From Spirochaetota bacterium (GTDB lineage Bacteria > Spirochaetota > Spirochaetia > Treponematales > UBA12059): 46,044 bases of DNA. The stretch spans positions 1 to 46,044 of the forward strand of contig JAHIWF010000317.1 of the NCBI GenBank assembly GCA_018815555.1. The letters are read 5' to 3'. The notes under the pieces are model-generated. The model searched no databases and had not been told where the DNA came from. It saw only the letters and a program-made list of their open reading frames with translations. This document shows positions 33,598-42,676 of the stretch, piece by piece (the first letter of the stretch is position 1; each line of letters opens with the position of its first letter). Both the position numbers and the translations under genes were made by a program.

Positions 33598-35109
33598 ATG
33601 GCCAGTTTATGCTTGAGTCTGACAGCCTCGACCATTGCGCGCAATGTCGAATTACTGGAGCGCTACCGACATCTGGTTGATATGGTAGAACTGCGGGTGG
33701 ATTTTCTGGAACCGCAGGAACAGTTCTATGTGCGGCGTTTCCCGCAGCTGGCCGGTATGCCGGTAATCCTAACCGTTCGCCGCAAATCTGATGGCGGACA
33801 TTTCAGCGGCGGCGAGGCTGTCCGCCTGGTCATTATGGCCAAAGCCCTGGCCTATGCCGATGCTGACCACAGCAAGAATTTTGCCTATGTCGATCTGGAG
33901 AATGACCTTCATGTTCCCTCTCTGCAGGAAGCGGCCCGCACCTTCGGCACCCGGGTAATCCGCTCGCGCCACATAATGGACGGCATGCCGGCAGACATAA
34001 ACGCGGTATGGCGCGAACTAACCGACAATCCGCTGGAATTACCGAAGTTGTCGGTGTATTCGCGGAGTTTGCAGGATACCCTGGATCTGCTGGAGTTCTT
34101 CCGGCATCGGCCGCGCGGCGAGGAGCGGGTGGTTTCGGCAATGGGTGATTTTGGTTTTTCCAGTCGCATCCTTACCCAGCTTACCGGCAGCCGTATCTCC
34201 TATGCCAGCGCGTTGGAAGCCGGCATGACTATTTCCGCACCCGGGCAGATTGATCCGCGGGTCCTCACTGACGTGTACCGTTTTAAGCAGATTCAGAAAG
34301 ACTGGCAGCTCTTCGGCATACTTGGCGGTCCGGCAGTCTGCAATTCATTGTCGCCTTTAATTCACAATTCAGGCTTTGCCGAACTGAAAATTCCGGCCGT
34401 ATACGCGCCTTTCCCGGCCGACAGTGTGGAATGTTTTATGAAGCTGGCCGATTTTCTGCCCTTGCAGGGAGTCTCGGTAACAGTTCCTTATAAGGAAAAA
34501 GTGTGCAGCTTTCTCAGTTCCCGCTCGGTGGAGGTTGAGAGTATCGGCGCCTGCAATACCATGGTGCGCACCGACGAGGGCTGGGCCGGCTACAACACTG
34601 ACGCGCATGGTTTCCGCAAGGCCCTGTTTGATTTTTACGGTACCGCGGACTGGTCCGATGTTAAAGTCAGCATTATCGGCGCGGGCGGCGCGGCCAGGGC
34701 GGTGGCTCATGTTCTGGCCGGTCTCGGCGTCCGGGCCTGCGTGGTCAACCGTAATATGCACAAAGCCAAGCAGCTGGCCGAGAAGTACGGCTTTTCCTGG
34801 TCTGGCTTAACCGAGCGGGCAGTGCATTTACTGGAGAAGCACAACGACCTGATTATTCAGACTACTTCGGTCGGTATGAGTGGCGGTGCCCAGGGTGACC
34901 CGCTGGAGTGGTATGATTTTGATGGTCATGAGGCTTTGTTCGAAACGATCTATAATCCGCTGGAAACTCCGGTGATGGCCCGGGCCCGGGCGGCCGGCTG
35001 CCGGGCGGTAAATGGTCTTGGCATGCTTAAAGCCCAGGCTGCGGCCCAGTTTGCCCTGTTTACCGGCCAGGACTTTCCGGACATTCTGCCGGATTTTTCG
35101 GCAAGTTGA
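33598..35109 (+). CDS. aroDE: Bifunctional 3-dehydroquinate dehydratase (type I) / shikimate 5-dehydrogenase
   Basis: The N-terminal half is AroD-like (MVELRVDFL, ILTVRRKSDGG). The C-terminal half is AroE-like (GILGGPAVCNSLSPLIHN, VTVPYKE, GACNT, GYNTDAHGF, IGAGGAARAV). Confidence 0.92.
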   Translation: MASLCLSLTASTIARNVELLERYRHLVDMVELRVDFLEPQEQFYVRRFPQLAGMPVILTVRRKSDGGHFSGGEAVRLVIMAKALAYADADHSKNFAYVDLENDLHVPSLQEAARTFGTRVIRSRHIMDGMPADINAVWRELTDNPLELPKLSVYSRSLQDTLDLLEFFRHRPRGEERVVSAMGDFGFSSRILTQLTGSRISYASALEAGMTISAPGQIDPRVLTDVYRFKQIQKDWQLFGILGGPAVCNSLSPLIHNSGFAELKIPAVYAPFPADSVECFMKLADFLPLQGVSVTVPYKEKVCSFLSSRSVEVESIGACNTMVRTDEGWAGYNTDAHGFRKALFDFYGTADWSDVKVSIIGAGGAARAVAHVLAGLGVRACVVNRNMHKAKQLAEKYGFSWSGLTERAVHLLEKHNDLIIQTTSVGMSGGAQGDPLEWYDFDGHEALFETIYNPLETPVMARARAAGCRAVNGLGMLKAQAAAQFALFTGQDFPDILPDFSAS

Positions 35110-35139
35110 CCAGTATCCAATTCTTTACAAGGAGCATGT

Positions 35140-35550
35140 ATGGCAGTACAGATGCAGGGAAGTACCATCAGCGATACCACGGTAAAAATTCAGCATCCCT
35201 CCGGTGCGGAGTATCTGGTGGTGGCCCCGAAGGATAATGGCGGCGACGGGTCCAGTTTTTCACCGACCGATCTTTGTACAGTATCATTGGGAGCCTGCGG
35301 CAGCATGATTATGAAAATGTTTGCCGCCGGCAAGGGAATCCCGGTGGAGCAGATTCGTTTCGAGATTATCAAAGAGATGGCAGCATCGCCGCGGCGCATC
35401 CAGAAAATGACCGTGGTGTATACAATAAGGGGAGCCTTGTCCGATATTGAATTTCGCAAAGTGGAAGCTGCCGGCCGTACCTGTCCGGTGCGTCTAACCT
35501 TGGGTGCACAGGTAGAAATCGCCGAGGAGTACCGTCTGGAAAGGGTATGA
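35140..35550 (+). CDS. OsmC/Ohr-family protein
   Basis: 136 aa. SPTDLCTVSLGACGSM and TCPVRLTL contexts match the two-Cys OsmC fold. AGGAG upstream. Confidence 0.85.
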   Translation: MAVQMQGSTISDTTVKIQHPSGAEYLVVAPKDNGGDGSSFSPTDLCTVSLGACGSMIMKMFAAGKGIPVEQIRFEIIKEMAASPRRIQKMTVVYTIRGALSDIEFRKVEAAGRTCPVRLTLGAQVEIAEEYRLERV

Positions 35551-35641
35551 ATGCGGATTTGTCAAGCGTGCTGATGTTTCTATGAAATAACACTGATATT
35601 TTTTGAATATTAATTCTGTGCAAAAAAAGTGCATTTTTTTC

Positions 35642-35670
35642 TTGTATGCGGCCTGAAAGCATTGTATCAT
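35642..35670 (+). promoter_or_regulatory. Sigma70-type promoter of the ABC operon (TTGTAT-17-TATCAT)
   Basis: Hexamers at 35642-35647 and 35665-35670, leaving a leader of about 100 nt. Confidence 0.4.
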
Positions 35671-35777
35671 GTGTTTGCATCTCACCCGGGACAGGACGTC
35701 CGCTGATCGTTCTTGGTGCAGGTATGCAAGAAAGTCCTGGACTTTCAAATTCTCGCAAAGAAGGAAGGATGGTTTCA

Positions 35778-36911
35778 ATGAAATCAAAGATCGCTCTCCT
35801 CGTACTGGTCCTGTTTGCCTGTACAACACTTGCCGTGTTCGCAGCTGGCCAGAAAGACGCTGCCGGAACTGGCGCTTACAAAATCGCCATTTATACTGGT
35901 ACCGTTTCTCAGGGTGAAGAAGAATTCCGTGCTGGTGAAGCTCTTGCCAGGAAGTATCCTGGTATGGTCATCCATCAGACCTATCCTGATAACTTCTCCA
36001 AAGAGCAGGAAACCACCATCATGAACGCTCTGTCCATGGTGTCTGATCCTGCTGTAAAAGCCTTGATCATGGTTCAGGCCGTTCCCGGTTCTGCCGCCGC
36101 TTTCGAAAAAGTCCGCGAAGTACGCCCTGATGTTCTGATTATTGCCGGTGTTCCCGGTGAAGATCCTGGTGTGGCTTCCCGCACTGCCGACATCGTAATG
36201 GCAGCCGATGAGCTGGCCATGGGTACTACTGTTGTTGAGCAGGCTAAAAAGCTTGGTGCCAAGACTTTCGTACATTATTCTTTCCCCCGTCACATGTCTT
36301 ATCCGCTGCTGGCCCAGCGCCGCGACCTGATGCGTGCTACCGCTGAACGCCTTGGTATGACTTTTGTGTATGCTGACGCTCCCGACCCGCTCGGAGACGC
36401 CGGTGTTCCCGGTGCCCAACAGTTCATCATGGAAGATGTGCCGCGCAAGATCGCTGAATATGGTAAAGATACCAACTTCTTCTCCACCAATTGTGCCATG
36501 CAGGAGCCCTTGCTCAAGCAGAGTCTGAGTCTTGGTGCTATCAACGCCCAGCAGTGCTGCCCGAGCCCCTTCCATGGTTATCCGGGAGCTCTTGGTATCT
36601 CCATTCCCGAAGACAAAGCTGGTGACGTTCCCTTCGTAATCAGCGCCATCAAAGCCAAACTGGCAGCCATGGGCGCTACCGGTCGTGCTTCTACCTGGCC
36701 CGTGCCGATCAACATGATGTTTATTGATGCCGGTTTTGAATATGCTCGCCAGTATCTTGAAGGTACTATTACCTCCAAGAACGACATGGCCAAGATGAAA
36801 GCCATTGCCGAGCAGCTGACTGGTGCTACTATGGATTTCACCGCTCTGGTAGATTCCGGAACCACCTACAGCAACTACTACATGATTCTGAGTGACTACA
36901 TCACCTTCTAA
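35778..36911 (+). CDS. DUF3798-type periplasmic binding lipoprotein of the ABC transporter
   Basis: Signal MKSKIALLVLVLFACTTLAVFA. The sequence YTGTVSQGEEEFRAGE...YPDNFSKEQETTI...FVHYSFPRHMSY...TNCAMQEPLL...CCPSP matches the family as I remember it. I prefer ATG 35778 (GGAAGG 9 nt upstream) over 35769. Confidence 0.85.
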   Translation: MKSKIALLVLVLFACTTLAVFAAGQKDAAGTGAYKIAIYTGTVSQGEEEFRAGEALARKYPGMVIHQTYPDNFSKEQETTIMNALSMVSDPAVKALIMVQAVPGSAAAFEKVREVRPDVLIIAGVPGEDPGVASRTADIVMAADELAMGTTVVEQAKKLGAKTFVHYSFPRHMSYPLLAQRRDLMRATAERLGMTFVYADAPDPLGDAGVPGAQQFIMEDVPRKIAEYGKDTNFFSTNCAMQEPLLKQSLSLGAINAQQCCPSPFHGYPGALGISIPEDKAGDVPFVISAIKAKLAAMGATGRASTWPVPINMMFIDAGFEYARQYLEGTITSKNDMAKMKAIAEQLTGATMDFTALVDSGTTYSNYYMILSDYITF

Positions 36912-36937
36912 GTAGTGGTTTAACGTCAGTTGGACCT

Positions 36938-36976
36938 GTCCCCGGTGCACGGTCACGACGCATCGGGGACTTTTTT
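36938..36976 (+). terminator. Intra-operon hairpin plus T6 (attenuating terminator after the binding-protein gene)
   Basis: GTCCCCG-19 nt-CGGGGAC-TTTTTT, between the binding-protein and ATPase genes. Confidence 0.55.
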
Positions 36977-37013
36977 ATAATGGGGCCATCACCTGGTTCC
37001 AAAAGGGGGATCT

Positions 37014-38603
37014 ATGGAAAAGGTTCTGGAGATGCGTCAGATCTCCAAGGATTATTCCGGAAACAAAGTGCTGAAAGGGGTGAATCTGTCGGTGCGCGCC
37101 GGCGAGATACATGCTCTGGTAGGCGAGAACGGAGCCGGTAAATCGACTCTGATGAATGTGTTGTTCGGAATGCCGGTTATCCACAGCACCGGCGGATATC
37201 AGGGAGACATCCTGATAAATGGTGCGGTTACCGAAATAAAGTCGCCTAAAGTGGCCATGGACTGCGGTATCGGCATGGTGCATCAAGAATTTATGCTGCT
37301 GCCTAATTTTACCGTAGCAGAAAATATTAAGCTGAATCGCGAGCCGCTTAAGGACAATCCGTTAAGCAAGATTGCCGGCTCGTCTTTGAAGACTGTTGAC
37401 CGGGCAAAGATGGTTTCTGATTCGCGCAAGGCTCTGGACAGCCTTGGTATCGGTATCGACGATGGCGCGCTGGTAAGCGGTATGCCGGTCGGCCACATGC
37501 AGTTTGTGGAAATAGCTCGCGAAATTGATAAAGAAAACCTGAAGGTTTTGGTCTTTGACGAACCGACTGCTGTTTTAACTGAAAGTGAAGCTGATGTGCT
37601 TTTAGACGCAGTAAAGCGCCTGGCAGCCCGCGGCATTGGCATATTGTTTATTACCCACCGCCTAGATGAGGTATTCACAGTCGCAGACAGCATTACGGTG
37701 TTGCGCGATGGCGAGCAGATAGCCTCTATGGCCCGTAAAGATACTACCATTGTAGAGATCGCCAAACTGATGGTTGGTCATACTGTAGAGGCCTGCGAGC
37801 GCTGCGGCAATAAGACTGACGAGAATACGCCTCTAGCTATCTCCATGAAAAACTTCTCGGTGGCTATGCCCGGCGAACGGGTGCGCGGTCTGAATTTGGA
37901 TGTGCGCAAGGGCGAAATTATCGGCATCGGCGGTTTGGCCGGGCAAGGAAAGATCGGTGTTGCCAATGGGCTGATGGGTATGTTCCCCGCCCAAGGCGAG
38001 GTGCTCTTGCATGGTGAGCCACTTAAGCTGAACGACCCCTTGGGATCCATCCAGCGCAAGATGGCTTTTGTCTCCGAGGATCGCCGCGGTGTCGGCCTGC
38101 TTTTGGATGTATCGATCGAAACTAATATTGTTATTGCCGCCATGCAGGTATGGAACCGCTATCTGAATCCCTTCCTCGGACTGCGAATGACGGACCAGAA
38201 GGCAATTCGGGCTCATGCTCTGGAAATGATCAAGTTGTTTGATATCCGCTGTATCGGTCCCGGGCAGCATACCCGGCGTCTGTCTGGTGGTAATCAGCAA
38301 AAAGTCTGTATCGCCCGTGCGCTGGCACTAGATCCAACCGTGCTGCTGGTATCAGAACCGACGCGCGGTATCGATATCGGAGCCAAAAAACTAGTGCTCG
38401 ACTTCCTGGTCAAACTAAACGAAGAGCAGGGCATGACTATAGTAATTACCTCGAGCGAGCTGGCTGAGCTGCGTTCGGTGTGCGACCGTATTGCAATTGT
38501 ATATGGAGGCAAAACCATGGGTATTTATAAACCCGACGACCCGGATGAGGTCTTTGGTTTGGCCATGGCCGGTACTGATCCGGAGATCGGAAGGGGCAAA
38601 TGA
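37014..38603 (+). CDS. ABC transporter ATP-binding protein (duplicated NBD, sugar/nucleoside type)
   Basis: Walker A GENGAGKST. Signatures LSGGNQQK and VFDEPT / VSEPT. 529 aa with two NBDs. Confidence 0.93.
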   Translation: MEKVLEMRQISKDYSGNKVLKGVNLSVRAGEIHALVGENGAGKSTLMNVLFGMPVIHSTGGYQGDILINGAVTEIKSPKVAMDCGIGMVHQEFMLLPNFTVAENIKLNREPLKDNPLSKIAGSSLKTVDRAKMVSDSRKALDSLGIGIDDGALVSGMPVGHMQFVEIAREIDKENLKVLVFDEPTAVLTESEADVLLDAVKRLAARGIGILFITHRLDEVFTVADSITVLRDGEQIASMARKDTTIVEIAKLMVGHTVEACERCGNKTDENTPLAISMKNFSVAMPGERVRGLNLDVRKGEIIGIGGLAGQGKIGVANGLMGMFPAQGEVLLHGEPLKLNDPLGSIQRKMAFVSEDRRGVGLLLDVSIETNIVIAAMQVWNRYLNPFLGLRMTDQKAIRAHALEMIKLFDIRCIGPGQHTRRLSGGNQQKVCIARALALDPTVLLVSEPTRGIDIGAKKLVLDFLVKLNEEQGMTIVITSSELAELRSVCDRIAIVYGGKTMGIYKPDDPDEVFGLAMAGTDPEIGRGK

Positions 38604-39670
38604 CCATGCAGAACCCCCTGAAACTAGTAGGAAAAGCCTGGGCCGGGTCGGTTGACCGCTTTGGCTATCCAAAAGTTATTATCTTCCTGTTCCTGATATT
38701 GCTTAGTGTGCTGGCAATAGGGCAGGGCCAGAGCATGCCGGGCTTCATAAAAGATACTCTGCTGCGTACCAGCATGATTGGTGTGCTGACCCTAGCTATG
38801 GTTCCGGGTATTGTATCGGGAATCGGGCTGAACTTTGGCGTTTCCATCGGTATTCTGGCCGGACTGCTGGCCGGCTGTATCGGCGTGGAAGCCGGCTGGA
38901 AGGGTGTCGGCGGCTTGTTTCTGACCATTCTGGTGGCTATTCCGCTGTCTACAATAGTCGGCATGGCTTACGGCTGGCTTTTAAACAAGGTTAAAGGCGA
39001 CGAAATGACCGTCAGTACTTACATCGGTTTTTCGATGGTGTCGCTGATGTGTATCTTCTGGTTGATACTGCCTTTCAAGAGCCCCACCATGATCTGGGCT
39101 ATTGGCGGCAAGGGTCTGCGTAATACCATTGCTCTGGACAATACTTTTGGCCAGGTGATGGACAAGGCGCTGCACCTGAACTTCTTCGGGCAGCAGCTGC
39201 CGATAGGCTCCCTGCTCTGGTTTGGGTTCCTTTGTTTGATGATGTGGCTGTTCCTGCGAACCAAGCTTGGTGTGACCATGAGTGCTGCTGGAGACAATCC
39301 GCGCTTTGCGGCTGCCATCGGTATTAATGTGGACCGCCAGCGCATGTTGGGAACTACGCTGTCTACTGTGCTTGGTGCGGTTGGTATGCTCAGTTATGCC
39401 CACGGATACGGCTTCTTTCAGCTGTATGTCGGGCCGCTGTACATGCCGTTTATTCCGGTTGCCGCTATCCTTATCGGTGGTGCTACCATGCGCCGGGTTA
39501 CCATTTCGCATGTAATTTCCGGTACCATTCTGATGCAGGCTCTGCTGATAATAGCGTTGCCGGTCATCAGCAAGTTAGTGCCGGACGGGGCGTTCTCGGA
39601 GGTGATCCGCATTATCGTCTCGAATGGCGTTATCCTGTATGCGCTTACCAGGAGTGGAGGTAATAAATGA
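38600..39670 (+). CDS. ABC transporter permease
   Basis: Polytopic. ATGA overlap with the ATPase stop. Carries the conserved AAGDNPRFAAAIGINV loop. Confidence 0.9.
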   Translation: MTMQNPLKLVGKAWAGSVDRFGYPKVIIFLFLILLSVLAIGQGQSMPGFIKDTLLRTSMIGVLTLAMVPGIVSGIGLNFGVSIGILAGLLAGCIGVEAGWKGVGGLFLTILVAIPLSTIVGMAYGWLLNKVKGDEMTVSTYIGFSMVSLMCIFWLILPFKSPTMIWAIGGKGLRNTIALDNTFGQVMDKALHLNFFGQQLPIGSLLWFGFLCLMMWLFLRTKLGVTMSAAGDNPRFAAAIGINVDRQRMLGTTLSTVLGAVGMLSYAHGYGFFQLYVGPLYMPFIPVAAILIGGATMRRVTISHVISGTILMQALLIIALPVISKLVPDGAFSEVIRIIVSNGVILYALTRSGGNK

Positions 39671-40773
39671 AGACACTTAAAAAACTCTCGCTCCTTGATC
39701 TTGTAAAGAAAAATTCCGTGCCGTTGCTGTTCCTGATTCTGGGACTGCTCGGATGGATGGCTTCCGGACAGCCGCTGCCAATGTTGCTGCAGGAGGTAAT
39801 CTACCGCCTGTCGCGCAACCTGATCCTGGTGCTCTCGCTGATTGTTCCTATTACTGCTGGTATGGGCCTGAATTTTGCCCTGGTTATCGGAGCGATGGCC
39901 GGACAGTTCGGTTTGGTATTTATTAAAGCCCTGAATATGGGCGGCGTTGGCGGTGTTGGCATGTCCATGCTGTTTGCCTTGCCCTTGGCTATATTGTTCG
40001 GTATCGGCTGCGGTGCCATCCTGAATCGGGCAAAGGGTAAGGAAATGATTACCGGCCTGATCCTTGGGTTCTTTGCCAACGGTTTGTACCAGCTGGTCTT
40101 ACTGGCTGGTGTTGGGACTATAATCCCGATCAAGAATCCGGAGATTGTACTTGCCGCCGGTGTTGGCCTGCGTAACTCAATGGAACTGAACCTGATCAAC
40201 TATTCACTGGACCGTCTGATTCCCTTTAAGGTAATCATCAACAACTGGCCGGTGTGGGTGCCGATAGCGACCTTCATGCTTATTGGCCTGATTGCCTTTG
40301 CCATTCACTTTCTGCAGCGTACCAAGCTGGGGCAGAATTTCCGGGCAGTGGGTCAGGACAAGCATATTTCCGAGGTAGCCGGTATACATGTTGACCGTAC
40401 CCGCATGATAGCCATGATCATCTCCACGGTGCTGGCCGCCTGGGGGCAGATCATCTTTATGCAGAACATCGGAAAGATGCAAACCTATTTCAGCCATGAA
40501 CAGGTTGGTCTTTTCAGCGCTGCCGCCATCCTGATTGGTGGTGCCACAATTACCAAAGCCAATTTCGGCAATGCTATTGTAGGTACGCTGCTGTTTCACC
40601 TTTTGTTTATCGTATCGCCACTGGCCGGTAAAAACCTGTTCGGGGATGCCCAGATCGGTGAGTACTTCCGGTCATTTATTGCATACGGTGTTATCGCGGT
40701 GGCAATTGTCATGTATGCCATGAAAAAGGCCAGGGCCGATAAGGCCGAAAGCGCCGATTCCATGGTTGAGTAA
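39667..40773 (+). CDS. ABC transporter permease
   Basis: Polytopic. ATGA overlap with the preceding permease. Carries the AVGQDKHISEVAGIHV loop. Confidence 0.9.
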   Translation: MKTLKKLSLLDLVKKNSVPLLFLILGLLGWMASGQPLPMLLQEVIYRLSRNLILVLSLIVPITAGMGLNFALVIGAMAGQFGLVFIKALNMGGVGGVGMSMLFALPLAILFGIGCGAILNRAKGKEMITGLILGFFANGLYQLVLLAGVGTIIPIKNPEIVLAAGVGLRNSMELNLINYSLDRLIPFKVIINNWPVWVPIATFMLIGLIAFAIHFLQRTKLGQNFRAVGQDKHISEVAGIHVDRTRMIAMIISTVLAAWGQIIFMQNIGKMQTYFSHEQVGLFSAAAILIGGATITKANFGNAIVGTLLFHLLFIVSPLAGKNLFGDAQIGEYFRSFIAYGVIAVAIVMYAMKKARADKAESADSMVE

Positions 40774-40820
40774 AGCTGGTTCCCGCCGCTTATTTGTCGT
40801 CGGGAGACCTGGATGAAATA

Positions 40821-40856
40821 AAGCCCGATCGGCCAAGCTGCGATCGGGCTTTGTTG
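40821..40856. terminator. Hairpin terminator between the convergent ABC operon and MCP gene
   Basis: AGCCCGATCG-9 nt-CGATCGGGCT followed by TTGTTGTATT. Confidence 0.55.
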
Positions 40857-40877
40857 TATTAGAAGTTTTGCAGGCTG

Positions 40878-42506
40878 CTATTCTATATTGATCCGGTCCA
40901 GTTCCAGTTCGAGCTGTTCTATGTTTTCGATATTTTGCTCGCCGATATTTCGTACTTTTTCCAGCACCGTTTCGATGGCTGCAAAATCGCTGTTGAGGGC
41001 TTCCAGCATGGCATCAAGTTTGCAGGCAAAATCTTTGATGCTGGCCACGGCATCAGCAGAGTCTTGCAACTGATGGGTGACCATATCCACCTGCCTGGCT
41101 GTATCATGTGCACCGTTCATGAGCCTTGATGTGGCCTGGGTGAGCTGCCCGGTTCCTACCGATACCTCACTGAGCCCGCTGATAATTTCCTCAATGGCAT
41201 TAAAGGTCTGCTGTACTTCTTTGAGCACAGTTTCAGTGTTTTTGGCATACAGTTGGATGATGGTAGCGGCATTGTTTACAACATCTTCGTTACGGGCTAA
41301 AGCCTGGCCGATGGCCTGAGTGCTGCCCTGGGTTTCCATCGACAGTTTGCGGATTTCTCCGGAAATGACCGCAAAGCCTTTGCCGGAGGAGCCGGCATGG
41401 GCGGCCTCGATAGATGCATTCATGGCCAGCATATTGGTTTTCTCGGAAATATCCTGAATGCTGCCGGCTACCGCCAGAATCTCTTTTGAGGAATCGCGGA
41501 TTTTACTGAACCCTTCCAGAACTTTTATTATTTCCTGGCTCTGTTGCTGCATGCGGTGCAGAACGGCGTCCATACTGCCCTTGCGCTGCTCGGCAAGCTG
41601 GGAAATGTTCTGGATTGTAGCCATAATTTCGGTGATGCCAGAGCTGGTTTCTCCCAGAATATTGTTCTGTTCGGTAACGGCAGCCTGCATGCGGGTAGCG
41701 AAGGACAGTACCTGCTTATTGGATTCATCAGCACAACTGGTTTCACCGGTCATTTCTTTGGCTGCTCTGCTTATGGTTTCCAGGGCCGCTTTTATAGCCT
41801 CACTTTTGCTTTTGCTTTCAGTGCTGTAGTCGAGCAGGTTTTTGCCAATTTCCATAAAACTTTTGGCATTATTCAGCAGTTGATCCAGCTCACGGGCTTT
41901 ATCACGGTTTTTAGATACCTCATTGGTGGCGATTGAGATTACCTCGTTGGTCAATTTGGTGGTAAACCAGAAGGTGATGCTTACCGGAATGTATAGCATG
42001 GACAAGGTAATGAAAACGGTGCGCAGTTCGCCAATAAAGCCGCCGTTACGCGGAACATAGATAAAAATTGTTGAAACGAGTAAAACCAGGTAGCCTAATA
42101 TGGCATAAATGAAGATTTGACGCTTGTGCATGGCCAGCATGCTGTTAACGATGCAGGAAGCCAGCACGTAGACCGCCAGCCGGTACATATCCGCGTTGCC
42201 GATGGTGGGCAGCAGTATGCCGATCCACAAGGAGTCCATCAGAATGCCTATAGTGGAAACGGTAATGGCCGCCACATATTTGCGCAAGCGAACCAGCAGC
42301 AGTGATACGACATAGACCAGATTAGTAGCCATGACCGCAGAGAAAAAAGGTGAGGTAAGAGCTGGGTCAACTCTGTATCGTGTGTAGGAAGCGAACGAGA
42401 AATAGAGGATCAGAATGAAATTTAAATATATGAGTATGGGCACTCTCTTAAGAAGAGCTATGGAGAGGCCTGTCTGGTGTGAGAGCGGGAAAAACAATCG
42501 GACCAT
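40878..42506 (-). CDS. Methyl-accepting chemotaxis protein with a polytopic membrane N-terminus
   Basis: Signalling hairpin NASIEAAHAGSSGKGFAVISGEIRKLS. About six N-terminal hydrophobic helices and no evident periplasmic domain. Start set at MVRLFF (ATG 42506), because a sigma28-type promoter lies inside the longer ORF. Confidence 0.9.
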   Translation of the reverse strand: MVRLFFPLSHQTGLSIALLKRVPILIYLNFILILYFSFASYTRYRVDPALTSPFFSAVMATNLVYVVSLLLVRLRKYVAAITVSTIGILMDSLWIGILLPTIGNADMYRLAVYVLASCIVNSMLAMHKRQIFIYAILGYLVLLVSTIFIYVPRNGGFIGELRTVFITLSMLYIPVSITFWFTTKLTNEVISIATNEVSKNRDKARELDQLLNNAKSFMEIGKNLLDYSTESKSKSEAIKAALETISRAAKEMTGETSCADESNKQVLSFATRMQAAVTEQNNILGETSSGITEIMATIQNISQLAEQRKGSMDAVLHRMQQQSQEIIKVLEGFSKIRDSSKEILAVAGSIQDISEKTNMLAMNASIEAAHAGSSGKGFAVISGEIRKLSMETQGSTQAIGQALARNEDVVNNAATIIQLYAKNTETVLKEVQQTFNAIEEIISGLSEVSVGTGQLTQATSRLMNGAHDTARQVDMVTHQLQDSADAVASIKDFACKLDAMLEALNSDFAAIETVLEKVRNIGEQNIENIEQLELELDRINIE

Positions 42507-42525
42507 GGTAACTTCCTTGTCGTAT

Positions 42526-42552
42526 ATATCGGCATGGTTTTGCTTAGTATTA
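42526..42552 (-). promoter_or_regulatory. Sigma28 (FliA)-type promoter of the MCP gene
   Basis: The minus strand reads TAAT-15 nt-GCCGATAT, then 19 nt containing AAGGAAG, then ATG 42506. Confidence 0.55.
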
Positions 42553-42609
42553 ATTGTGCTGAGTTCGGTCAATCTTTGCAAGATAGCTTGCCATTATTGT
42601 CTATTTTCG

Positions 42610-42618
42610 TGTTATACT
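42610..42618 (+). promoter_or_regulatory. Extended -10 element (TGtTATACT) for the aminotransferase gene
   Basis: Seen directly, about 58 nt before ATG 42677. Confidence 0.35.
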
Positions 42619-42676
42619 GGCATTCAGAATATAAAATGACATTTTGACTAATGAAACTATTGAAGGCGGAGGTTTT

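Noticed and set aside
35784-36956. 390-aa minus-strand ORF covering the whole binding-protein gene.
   Set aside because: It mirrors a gene with strong family motifs and a signal peptide. The open antisense frame is explained by that gene's biased codon usage. The translated sequence is Gly/His/Ser-rich with no domain features.
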